DNA of 64,000 nucleotides, from positions 79,920,001 through 79,984,000 of the forward strand of contig CM052816.1 of NCBI GenBank assembly GCA_028534125.1, read 5' to 3'. The translations under genes were made by a program, and so were the position numbers. This DNA is from Lama glama. Lineage: Eukaryota. Below are positions 13,718-25,155 of the stretch, piece after piece (the first letter of the stretch is position 1; every line of letters starts with the position of its first letter). A model generated the notes under the pieces. The model searched no databases and had not been told where the DNA came from. It was given only the letters and a program-made list of their open reading frames with translations.

Positions 13718-14968
13718 CTTCTTCCTACCAAGAATCACATGTAAGGTCAGCTTTGGAAGTCTATTCTATTTTCTCTCTGTTGGATGCTAGTAGCATTAAA
13801 CTGAAACTGCCCAAATACATAATCTTTCCTAAATCCACAAATACACTATACACACCCACTCATGTATGGAGACTCTGGAAAGCAGAAATTAAAGACATTT
13901 GCCAAATTAAATCTCTGAATTAAATTTCTTCAATTTTTACTCCCCATTACCTCCAAAATCGTTTATGGCTCCTGAATCATTAAAATTGTCATCTCCCACT
14001 CAAGTCAGATATTGTTTTTGCAGATAAGAGAGCAAGATGGATCCAAGCAAAGTAACCAGCTCTCACTACTAACTGTGTGTTGGTTAATTCTTGTCCATAT
14101 CCCTAAGGCCATCTCATTATTTAGTAGGTGATCCTAGTTAAGGAGCTAACACGTGTCTATTTTAGTTGTGCCATTAACTTATGGCAGAGGAAATGGTTGA
14201 AATTCATGGCAAAAAAAACTGACTTACAACTGCTTGCTAAATTCAACCCTCACAGCTATTCCTGTCGCTTAAATCAAAACCAAATCAAACGCAGGTTTTG
14301 TTTGTTTGTTTGTTTTTAATTGAACACAAACACCCACCAGGTCGCTCCTCATTTCACCCTACAGGATGTCTCTCATTCCCACCTGAGCCTTCAGTAGCTC
14401 TCTGACTCAGGCTCCACAACATCCACAATCCAAAGACCAGAAGGGAAGATACACTCTTTCTAACCACTACTTTCAAATCTATGGCCAGGGCGAGGGCGTT
14501 TGCCTTCTTAACCTCCTAAATTCTGTTTCTATGAGGTTCCACATGGCCCTGAATTGTAACACCAAACGTTGGCCTCTCTCTCAAAGACTAATCGTTTCCT
14601 TCTTTTCTGCAGTTGTTTCGCCGTAATTTAGTACGCCCGGATGCCACTTCCCAAGCAACCTGCGAGCTTCCCCCGGCTTCTTTCGTGCGGGCAGTGCCCA
14701 GCCCCAGAAGCTCTGGCCCGAAAAGCGGGCGGGGACGGCCGACACGCAAGCGTCGCGCGGCGTACCTGGCCGAGGTCAGAGGAGCCACAGCCAGGAACTA
14801 GCCTTCGCGGCTCCCTCAGCCTGGCAGCTCGGCTTCCTCGGGCGGCTTCAGTGTCCCGGTGTCGGTGGACCTCGTTCAGGGCGCCGCAGGGACACCTCAC
14901 GGAAGCGAGACACCGTGAAGTCGATCTTTCCCGCCTGCCGCCGGAGTTCTGGCTCGGGAGACAATGGG

Positions 14969-14982
14969 GTTGCCGTGGGAAC
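14969..14982. promoter_or_regulatory. RFX X-box GTTGCCGTGGGAAC
   Basis: 12/14 match to palindromic X-box GTTGCCATGGCAAC. Confidence 0.65.
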
Positions 14983-15018
14983 GGAACGCCGCGGGCGGCG
15001 CAGGGAGCGTGGGCGCCT

Positions 15019-15032
15019 GTAGCCATGGCGAC
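15019..15032. promoter_or_regulatory. RFX X-box GTAGCCATGGCGAC
   Basis: 12/14 match to GTTGCCATGGCAAC, adjacent to an ETS site. Confidence 0.7.
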
Positions 15033-17149
15033 GCGGCTCACTTCCGGCCCAGCAGAATCCCCGAGCAGCTCCCGCCCACCGCAGCTGACACCGCACCCGC
15101 GGGTTTCCGGTCCCCGCAGGCGACGTTAGGCTCGTCTCCACACTTTCCTCTGCGGCGGCTGAACCGTCCACGATTGTTTTTCTCAAAGGGACTTCGCCTT
15201 TCGGAGATACAGGAAGAGGAACTAAATCCCATCAAAGGATGGGAAGGAGCGCCCGGCTCCACGACCCTATTTATTTAAATTACGAGTACCCGGCTGTAAT
15301 CAGGGATACGCCCGCGTGCCTCTCCGCTCTCCCTGCGTCCCCGCAGTTCCCGGGGTGTTCGGGCTCTCCGGACCCAGGAGGAAAGGCTCAGATAGAACTA
15401 TTGATGGTGCTGGCACCGTCTGTGATACCTCTCCCGGTAAGATTTGAGCAATGCATGACTAAGGAGGCGGAGTGCAGGAAATGAGTAGTTTAAGAAATGG
15501 ACCACTAATTCTGCTAATGATTAGCAGTTCAGAGAATATTTTTCGAGGGCAGAGGGCACATTCGGCAAACACCGCGAAGCCCTAAGTTATGCACCACGTA
15601 TTTTTATCCTGTCCATCTTCAGTGGCCTGAAATACAGCGGTAACAGTAACACAGATCTGACAGGTTCAAGGGCAATTGCGGTCGATACCCAAACGAACAG
15701 CACAAGTACAGCAGCCTTGTGTTTAAGGGTGTTGACATGAACGCTGCCATGATTTGGGCGGGGGTGGGGGGTATGACAGGTCAAGTTGGAACTGGTATGT
15801 ATGTCCCTCTTGTTTTCAAAAAAAAAAAATGCAGGCTCGGTAGACAGAGCAGGAAAATATTTACCAAGAACTTGACAGGTGGTGTTTACAGCTAGTTTGT
15901 TCTTTCCACTTGTAAGGTTGAAGTTTAATTGCTATTGATCCAAGACTGCCAAGACAGCCTTCCTGGAGTTAGGTTGGAGGAGCTATTTAAATGAGTTTGC
16001 TTTAATATCGCTTAAATAAAACTTGGATGACCTATTAAAAATTTAAATCTGTACCCTCAAGCTCCTGAGCAGAAATTTTAGAAAGACCCCACCCCCTTTA
16101 TTCTCTTATTTCCTTTAAGAACCCTCAGCATGGACCAATGATGAGAGCCCTGAGCTGGGCTTCAGGATAACAGGGCCTGGTTTGGACTCTGTGTGCCGTG
16201 GGGCAAGTCACAGCCTAGGGGACCCAATTTTGCTTGTACAGTGAGAGTATTTGTACCACTTTCTAAAATCCTATTTCTAGTTCTAGGATTCTATGAGAGT
16301 AAACCACAGATTTGTGTGATTCTATAAACTGTATTTAACATGTATGGGGATGAAAAAGAACTGGTCTCCTGTTTATAACGCTTGTCTCCTTTACCCTTGT
16401 TACAAGTTTGTCTTCATCAAATTGAAAAGTTTTAACATTCTGTCATTCTAAGAAATGGCTAGGAGGGTGTTTCTGAGCGTATTAAATGTAGCTTCTCTTT
16501 TCTGAACACTTGCTTTGCTGATGACTGCAAAGGGAGGTGTGGTCCCAGAACAGGCACGGAATTCCCATTCCTAAAGTGTACACTCTAGTTCCATCTCCAT
16601 TTAATTAGCTCTGACGGGAAGCATGTGGCCCTCATCTGTAAAATTAGAAAGCAAATTAAAAGAACTTCAAAGACTGTTAGAGTTCTACACCTCTGTGATA
16701 TTTTTTTCTTTCCTTGCATCTTAACCTTGTCTGCCAATGTAAACTTAGTTACAGTAGGTGTGCTTTAGTTTTGTTCTCTAACTCTGGAATGGAATGCCAG
16801 TCATCTGGTTTTAAAGTGTGTTCATGCACACTCCCTCCCTGGGTCCCGAGGTAAGCATCACCGCTGCGGAAATCACACAGAGGAACCACTTGTAGAGGGC
16901 ACTTCTGGACTCTTCCATCCCCTCATCAAATGTGATTATCTCCAAATTATTCCAAACCCAGGAACTGTGAGACTTAAGAACAAGGAAATCCAAATAAACT
17001 TTCTCTTGGACTGTGTAATTTCTTAAAACATGTTTTCCGGCCTGTCAAGGCAAGAGTAGATGCCTGCTTTCTGAGCTCCCACAATCCACAGTCTCATCAT
17101 GACACAAGTCTATTGGCACTGTTTACTTGTGAGTTTCTCACACTCTCCA

Positions 17150-17777
17150 TGCATCTGTCCATCCATCCAGGCAAAAATATCTATTGAATACTTACTATGT
17201 GCCCAACATTGTTCTAAGCATTAGGGAAGTGAAGGTGAACAAATCCACAAAGATTTTGCTCTCCTGGAGCTTCTGTTCTAGCAGGTGAAGAAAAACTTAG
17301 GGCTGCTAGTAAACAATGTGATCTCTCTGCAAGTTAGAAAAAGGCATGTGGCTTAGGGAATAGACAGCACTTTTTGTGTATTAGGAAGAAGCCTCTTCCT
17401 CCAGCCAGACTCAGTCCCTGGCTAAGGGGTTTAGCTTTGGGAAGAGACAGTAGGCTAGATTTCTGGACTCCTTCCTTCCCTCTATCCCTCAGCTTGGTAA
17501 ACCACCTTACATGGAAGTGACAAGTTCTATGGAGAAAAGTAAAGTCAAGTAAAGGATCTAGAAAGTGATGTGGGCACGTGGGGAGGGGTGTGCCAGCTTA
17601 TACAGTGTAGTTAAGGAGGATGTCTCTGACAAGGTGGCACTCAAGAAAATAAAGGAAAAAATCATGCAAATATCGAGACCATTTTAAAACATCAATGGCA
17701 AATGCAAAGGCCCTGAAGCAGGAGCAAGTTTAATGGGTTCAAGGAACAGCAAAAGGACAGCAAAAGGTTCAATTAAA
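17150..17777 (-). mobile_element. L2 fragments, interrupted by a younger L1
   Basis: tattgaatacttactatgtgcc... and tgcaaaggccctgaagcaggag...ttcaaggaacagc. Confidence 0.65.
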
Positions 17778-17793
17778 AATGAGAAGAAAGACC

Positions 17794-18676
17794 TAAACAA
17801 GCATTCTCCAATGAAGACATATAAATGGTCAATAGGCACATGGAAAAATACTCAATATTGCTAATTATTAGAGAAATGCACATCAAAAACTACAATGAGG
17901 TACCACCTCACACCAGTCAGAACAGCCATCATTCAAAAGTCCACATCAATAAATGCTGGAGAGGATGTGGAGAAAAGGGAACCCTCCTACACTATTGTTG
18001 GGAATGTAGTTAGTGTAGCCATTATGGAAAACAGTATGGAGATTCCTCAAAAGACTAAAAATAGACTTATTATATGACCCAGCAATCCCACTCTTGGGCA
18101 TATATCCAGAGGGAACCTTAATTCAAAAAGATACATGCACTTAATGTTCACAGCAGCACTATTTACAATAGTCAAGACATGGAAACAAAGTAAATGTCCA
18201 TTGACAGGTGACTGGATAAAGAACTTCTGGTATATTTATACAATAGAATACTACTCAGCCATAAAAAAGAATAAAATAATGCTGTTTGCAGCAACATGGA
18301 TGGACCTGGAGAATGTGATTCTAGGTGAAGTAAGCCAGAAAGAGAAAAATACCACATGATATCACTTATATGTGGAATAAAAAAAAAGACAAAAAAACTC
18401 ATTTACAAAACAGAAACAGACTCATAGGGATAAACTGGGAGTTCGAGATTTGCAGATACTAATATATATAAAATAGATAAACAACAAGTTCATACTGTAT
18501 AGCCCAGGGGAATGTATTTAATATCCTGTAGTAACTTATGGTGAAAAAGAATATGAAAATGAATATATGTATTTTCACATATGACTGAAGCATTATGCTG
18601 TACACCAGAAATTGACACATTGTAAAGTGACTACACTTTAATAAAAAATATATATGTATGCCCCCCCCCCAAAAAG
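17794..18676 (+). mobile_element. 5'-truncated lineage-specific L1 (late ORF2 + 3'UTR) with 16-bp TSD
   Basis: ORF2 C-terminal peptides ([22 protein letters not shown]); TSD aatgagaagaaagacc at 17778-17793 and 18677-18692. Confidence 0.92.
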
Positions 18677-18959
18677 AATGAGAAGAAAGACCAGAGAATG
18701 GGTCAGCAAAAGAGCAGGTCGTTCAGGGTCTTATCAGCAATCATTCTAAGTCTCCACCCACCCACCAGTGATGCTGAGTGTCTGCTGGGTGGCGGGCCCT
18801 GTGTGATCAGCTCTGAGGTCTTGTGAACCGCAGCTCTATACTCACTACCAAGCCTTTAGCCTTCAGCACAGTGCCTGGCTTATTACTAATGTTCAGTAAC
18901 AGTAAGCTGAGTTGTCTTCAGGAACTCACCAATAGTAGAGATTCTGGCCTCTCTCTGGA

Positions 18960-19750
18960 TGTTGGTTTCCTATTGCTGCTGTAACGAGTCACCACAAACT
19001 TAGAGGCTTAAAACAACAGAAATTTATTATCTCCTCGTTCTGGAGATCAGAAGTCTAGAAACACGATGTTGGCAAGGCTGGTTCTTTCTGCAGGCTCTTG
19101 GGAAGAATTGTTTTCTGGCCCTTGCCAGATTCTAGAAACCACCTGTTTTCCTTAGTTCTCGGAAACATGTTCAAATCTCTGACTACTTCCACTTGAAAAG
19201 ACCCTTCTGATTACATCAAGCCTCACCCAAGAAACCCACGATGAGCTTATTTTTTAAAAACAACTTTACTGTGGTATTTCTGTACACTACACATATTTCA
19301 GGTGTACAATCTGATGAATTTTGTTAGATGTATACACCTATGAAACGACCACCACAATCAAGATAGCTAACATTTCCATCACTCTCAAGAGGTGTAAATT
19401 TTCTAACTCCCAATTTATCCCTTCCCACCCCCTTTAACTCCTGGTAACCATAAGTTTGTTCTCTATGTGAGTCTGTTTCTGTTTTGTAAATAAGTTCATT
19501 TGTGTCTTTCTTTTTTTTTTTTTTTTAGATTCCACATATGAGTAATATCATACGGCATTTTTCTTTCTGGATTATTTCACTTAGAATGACCATCTTCAGG
19601 TCCATGAGCTCCTTATTTTAAGGTCAGCTGATTAACAACCTTAATCTATCTGCTAATTTAATTCTCCTTTGCCACATAAAATATTTAAATTCCCTGGAAT
19701 CAGGGCATGAACCTCTTTGAGGGGAGGGGAAGTATTCTTCTGCCTACCAG
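18960..19750 (-). mobile_element. MLT1 (ERVL-MaLR) LTR interrupted by minus-strand L1 3' pieces (~19255-19605)
   Basis: tttcctattgctgctgtaac...ggcttaaaacaacagaaatttatt; resumes taaggtcagctgattaacaacc...tctgcctacca. Confidence 0.75.
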
Positions 19751-19786
19751 AGGGTGTTTAAGCTAATTTAAATGTACAGGTTTAGT

Positions 19787-19910
19787 GGGGGAGGATATAG
19801 CTCAGTGGTAGAGCACATGCTTAGCATGCATGAGGTCCTGGGTTCAATCCCCAGTACCTCCTCCAAGAATAAAAAAATTAACCTAATTACTTCCCCTCCA
19901 CATTTAAAAA
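19787..19910 (+). mobile_element. tRNA-Ala(AGC)-derived SINE (camelid vic-1 type)
   Basis: tRNA-Ala-like head with A box 19798-19808 and B box 19841-19850, then family tail aacctaattac-cccc. Confidence 0.85.
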
Positions 19911-20969
19911 CATCTGGAGGTGACACATAGGTAACTCTTACTACCACCTCCCTCCTTTGTTAAAAACGTACACTGACTATGTCCTGCTCCTGTCTCCCCC
20001 TACACATCCTCCACTAACAGTCTGGTACATCCAGTCACAGTTCTGGAAATACTGTTTCTTCCCACTTTCAGGGCCTGGCTTATAGTGCAGAAATGTCTCT
20101 TCCTTTCCACTCACCTCCATCTCTGGGGAATTTACTCAAGGAAGCCTTTCCATCTGCTGGAACTCGCATCACTTGCTCCCTCAACCAGCTCTGATGGCCC
20201 TGATGGCCCTCTTACAGTGACCATCCTAGTTGAGCTATTATCCTTTGATTTTCACAAATACGCCACACACTCCCAAAATGTTTGACAGTTCTCTGCCCTC
20301 AGCTGGTGAACAGAAATTGCTACTCTGAATGCCTTGGTCTGTTGCTTTTCCCAGCTTTTTCTGCCTTGCAGTCTGCCTTTTAACCGTGCTCAGAAGGCAT
20401 CACCCCCATCTTTGCTGGATGGTGTTTCTACTGCTGTCAGCACCCAGCATTCCGCAGTTATGCTGCACTGCAGAAGGTTGTGTCAACATGTTTTGGGAGC
20501 ATTTTTCCCACATAGTATATCATGTGTCTATAGATGAGTGAGTTTAATTATTAAAGGCTTTGGAGTCTATCTGAAAGTTTACGTAAGAAAAACAAATTGA
20601 TGACTCATGTAAACAGTGTGAAGTTCATTCTCATTCACTGTGATGATCAATAAATGACTTTTTTTCTCTCTGCATTCTTGCATCACATGATGGAAGCTAG
20701 TGTGAAAATGGGCAATCTGAAAATTATCCAAATAATCCTCATACATATGCATAAAGACATTTATACATAGGATAGTCATATCATTTTGAGGGCTGTAAAA
20801 TTCTGGAAGCAAATTAAATGCCCATCAATGAGGAACTAGGTTAATAAAATACAGCACAATCATACTATGAAATATTATGCAGCCATGGAAAAGGTTGAGA
20901 TGTGTGTACTGACACCGGTCTCCTAGATTATTTTAACTGGAAAAAGTATGATCAAGAAGAGTGTATACA

Positions 20970-21128
20970 GAGGGAGGGTATAGCTCAGTGGCAAACTGCA
21001 TGCTTAGCATACACGAGGTCCTGAGTTTGATCCCCAGTACCTCCATTAAAATAAACAAACAAACCTAATTACCTATCCCCCAAAACAATAAAGTTTTAAA
21101 AATCACTAAGATAAGGAAAATTTAAAAA
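20970..21128 (+). mobile_element. tRNA-Ala-derived SINE (vic-1 type) inside an old L1 fragment
   Basis: same head and aaacctaattacct tail; flanking agtgtat repeats. Confidence 0.85.
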
Positions 21129-22184
21129 GTGTATCATTTCTATATTTAAAGGGGAATGTGAAATACATGCCTACATGTACATAGTCACTGAATATCCTAG
21201 GGTCCCTCAAGACACTTAATAGCTGTTACCTCTGGGGAGTTAAAATAAGGATCTGGACCAGGAGATGTTTTTTTTCAGTTTATTTATTCATACCCTGTGA
21301 GAATCTAATCATTGAGGTGTGACAATTTCTTTTCATACTCCAACTTCGGCACTTGAGGCATTTCTTTCCATTTAAGAAGAAACTGGTTTGGATTTATCTA
21401 GGTTATGTGCTCAGTTGAATGTCCCTAAAGAAACCATCTTCTGAGTTGAATGGTTGCCTTCTGTGGAGGTAAGTTCTCTTTTCAGGGTGCGCGCACTTGA
21501 TAATTTAAAAGAGTAATAACCTCATACACCATTTGCATTATTTTCATTGATTCCTTGTCCTTTTTGAGGGACTGAGGAGACTAAAGGTTCAAATAAGTAC
21601 GTATGGTATGTAATGGCAGTGGGAGCTGAAGTCAAGGCACCAAAAACCGTGTTGTGAGTGAAGGGAAACGTCCTCAATGCGGGGAGATGACCTTTTTATG
21701 CGTTATGAAGAATAACGTGAGCTACTTAAATAACTGCACCCATTTCATTGTCATTTGGTGTTTTATGATTTCAACCTGCAAGAATTCACCCTACAGGAGT
21801 TTTCTCAGGAATGAATTGTCCTTGTGGTAAGAGCATTATTTGATTTTTTTTTAAACCATGTGTATTACTGTTTCAAAAAAGAAAGAAAAAAATCTAATGG
21901 AGGCTTTTACATAGTTAAAAAGACTACAGATCAACTGAGAGGCAATTTTGAATGAAAAGAATTATGATGCAACTGCCCCAAAGTGGCTGATGCTTGGGGC
22001 AGAGTTCAAAATGGCCCCGGGAGCTAGAGTACAGAAATGACAGGACACATCACGTGAGTACCTGCAAACAGCTGGCACCACTGAGCTGAACACAGGGTAT
22101 AAAAACCCTTGCTCCGAAAGGCTGCTGAGCCAATCTTCAGAAGCCATACCGGCGCACTGACGAAGATGCTTAAAATCCACACCA

Positions 22185-24011
22185 GAGATGCAAAATGAAA
22201 CAGAAGTTTATTTTCTGCAATCCTGTCTGTAAATTACAAAGGCAAAAATGCTAAACTACAGCATTTTTTTTTTAACCAGAGTACTTGTAATAAATATGCA
22301 TTCTGAAACAAGATAAAAGGCTACACTCTGTCAGGCATCCTATAAAATGTCTCAAGTTTTACCCTCTGCAGCATTTCGGTGGGGGGAGGGGGGCAGGTGG
22401 AGGGTGGCTATGTGTTTTCTTAAGTGCTGTGACAAAAGGTCCTTTCACATTTCTTTGGAGCATTGTCGAGAAGTTGCTGAACTCTAAACAACTTAAGGAC
22501 AGTAACACCCAGCTCAAAAGCCATTTTTTGCTTCGCTGTCATTCCTCATCCAACACAGATGAACACGCCATCCACCACTGCCAAGTGGCCCATGGGTCCT
22601 CTCAGAGCTGGCCTCCACTTTCGGTTATACACTTTAGAGATTTCTGTATTCCGTTTACACCCCTCAGTAAGATCAATGCCATAAGGGAAGGGAAGCTGCA
22701 AGCAAGTTAGAAACATTTTTTACCTGAAAGTAAAGTGAACAGAAATGTTTTCTGCCAAGACCTCGGCTAGGCACCATAATGCTTACCAGGATTTTTTTGT
22801 TTTAAAGTTGAAAAACAGTCCTTCCAGAGATAATTTACGAGTGCTGGTATTGCTGGGGCATTCAAAAATATTCAACAGGTTAAAGAGGACTTACTCCATT
22901 CAGAGATGTGCTACAGTTCTGAGCAAGAACATGACGGCAGAAAAATCTAGGGGTATCGGTGGCAGTTCATGAGTTTGGAGTATATAACCACCGTTTTCTA
23001 TAGCTGAAAACTCTGAGGAAAAAGTTATATTAAAAAAAAAAGTCTTTAAGCATGACTACCTAAAAAAAATTTTGTTAATACAGTCTAATGTAAATTTCAC
23101 CTATTTAGGGATTTAGATATGAAAACCTCTTTAAGAGCCAATAAAAATATGGTAGAGAAAAAAAACACTTTAAAAAAACTGAGGTTAAAAACTATGAGGC
23201 ATTTCTTTTGGCTGTAAACACGCAGTTTACTGTCCCTTGTTGAAACACAAATGTTTGGATTTCCTGAGCTTCGTGGGTAACAAACAGCAGGAGGCAAGTT
23301 TGCATAGAAAATTTGCAATATGTCAGCGATTTACTTAAAAAGAACTTTCAAGGGCAACTTGCTTTTGTTTTTTTAAACTTCATGTTTTAGTTAATAGTGC
23401 TCATCAAGCTAGGAGACTGACAAGCACAGTGATGAGATATCTAAGGCAGATTGAGGGGGAAAAGGATGGAACTAGAGATTTTAAATCCACAGGATATCAC
23501 GATAAAGGGTCTTAGGCACGCACCAGTGCTGTACGTAGCACAACCAGTGCTGTACTAATTTGGTTAGAAATCAAATCATGTTTGGGGATTGGAAACCAAA
23601 GGCAAAAAGAGCCCTGCTGTGCTGAACGGCAGAGCCTGAGTGTGCGAATGGAGGCAGCCTTCACTGCGTGGCAGCGTCAGTATCACTCAGTGATGGGGAA
23701 GCCCCTCAGTTGGGCAGGTAGGGGAGGATTCCCACTGCCAGCACCAGGACCGGACTCCTGGGCATTGCCGATCCCAGCTCTGGAATCTGAAGGGCTGGCT
23801 TCACCTCTGCTGCTCTGAAGTCTCTAAGCAGTTCTCAGATCGACGGTCTTCTGGAACCAGTCTTCAGAAAGAAGCCTTTGGAAAGGAAGCAAGTCTATTA
23901 TCAAGGTCACAGTGATACCACGAATGAGAACAATGGCAGTGGTTGCCAACAACTCTGGATCGAACACAAAGGTGGACAACAAGGGGCCAGCGTCCTGCCA
24001 AGGGATCTGCT
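22185..24011 (-). other. RAI14: RAI14 3'UTR (~1.8 kb)
   Basis: AU-rich stretch without obvious interspersed repeats between the stop codon and the poly(A) signal; 3' end approximate. Confidence 0.8.
22207..22212 (-). terminator. RAI14: RAI14 polyadenylation signal AATAAA
   Basis: AATAAA on the minus strand with upstream TGTA motifs (~22235, ~22257) and a downstream U/GU-rich tract (tctggtgtggatttt). Confidence 0.8.
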
Positions 24012-24089
24012 TTACTTCTTCTGGGACTGGTTCTTACACATGGTAAGGATTTGCTTCAGTACTTTTTGGACATCTTCATCCATCTGGCC
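24012..24089 (-). CDS. RAI14: RAI14 terminal exon 18, coding part GQMDEDVQKVLKQILTMCKNQSQKK*
   Basis: ttcctag acceptor; TAA stop at 24014-24012. Confidence 0.96.
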   Translation of the reverse strand, partial: GQMDEDVQKVLKQILTMCKNQSQKK

Positions 24090-24477
24090 CTAGGAAATTC
24101 AAACAAAAGACACTGATCAGAACCTGAGTCCTGACACTGTCTCACCTAGGGAAGGAGATGGCTGGCTGGAATGAGCCCTTGGCTTCTCCCCAGTGATCTT
24201 CTAAAGGAATGTCAGCGCTACCCATTCCCACATTTCTAGCAGGAACTGAGCCCAGGAGCGGGCCCTGCTCTTTTCCCTCTGGAGGATGGTGAGGCTGGGT
24301 TGCTTAGTACCTTCAGGTTTAGGCCTTACTTCTCACAGCTAGTTCTCTAAGACAGATTTTGTTTCTACCGCAGCCTGCACTGAAAGGAAAGCATGAAGCA
24401 GTGCATTTTGCAGGGATTCTTATTCATCCTTTTTGAGGGAAGAGATGTCCTTTTTTTGCATTAAAAATTCATATAGA

Positions 24478-24605
24478 GTGGGAAAAGTGTAGTTCAGTGG
24501 TAGAGCACATACTTAGCATGTGAAAGGTCCTGGGTTCAATCTTCAGTACCTCCATTAAAAATAAAATATAAATAAAAATAAATAAACCTAATTGCCTCTC
24601 CCCCC
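24478..24605 (+). mobile_element. tRNA-Ala-derived SINE (vic-1 type) in RAI14 last intron
   Basis: TSD aaaaat(t)catataga at 24463-24477 and 24606-24619. Confidence 0.88.
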
Positions 24606-25089
24606 AAAAATCATATAGACTCAATATATTTTTAATGTCTTCTAGCCTTTAAACTACTGTTGTCTTAATACTCTTAAAATGAAATAATTATATCCATCAG
24701 TGATAATTGATGAAATATTTTTTTCTAAAGGGGAAAATAAAGTAAAAGGTTTCTAGTTTCTGCAAATGTGAGCCCAGCCAACCACAGCAGCCAACAGTCC
24801 CAGGAGTGACAGTGCTGATGGCTCTGAGAATACCGTGATGCCTGGAAAATAAATCTAGACTCCTCCTCTATTAGGAGGAGGAAGGGGTGGCAGGTGGCAG
24901 TCACATCCTCCTTCAGTTCTCAGCAAACGAGGCTGCTCCCGACACAAAATCCAAAGCAAAGCAAAAGGCATTTTTAAGCTTTCCAGTGAGAAGTTGTCTC
25001 TTCGAATCCTCATTGGTTCTGCTACCTTAATGAAGGGAGTCTTGGCAACACCTGCTGTGGAATTTCTTCAGGCTCCCCAGGTACCATAC

Positions 25090-25155
25090 CTGCACAGCAT
25101 ACAGAAGGTGCATTCTGTACACCGATATGACTTCCTGGTGTTGTTTCTTGCATTC
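25090..25155 (-). CDS. RAI14: RAI14 exon 17 (66 nt) [22 protein letters not shown]
   Basis: tttctag acceptor, CAG|gtatgg donor. Confidence 0.96.

Larger units (their letters stand above)
14600..15400 (-). promoter_or_regulatory. TTC23L: CpG island / TTC23L promoter and non-coding first exon
   Basis: Very CpG- and GC-rich; GC box 14727-14734, ETS CCGGAAGTG 15039-15047, two X-boxes; ~1 kb upstream of the ATG exon. Exon 1 donor uncertain (candidate CAG|gtacgc at 14766/14765). Confidence 0.85.

Noticed and set aside
14588..15484. Cluster of overlapping ORFs up to 162 aa
   Set aside because: Stop-poor GC-rich CpG island giving Arg/Pro/Ala-rich translations with no recognisable domain.
17825..18402. 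Short RT-element-like ORFs (also 58566-59108)
   Set aside because: Frameshifted fragments of dead L1 ORF2, not intact genes.
13650..25155. RAI14-TTC23L read-through fusion protein
   Set aside because: RAI14 exon 17 (phase 0) joined to the TTC23L ATG exon is out of frame and stops after 17 codons; RAI14 also has a good poly(A) signal.
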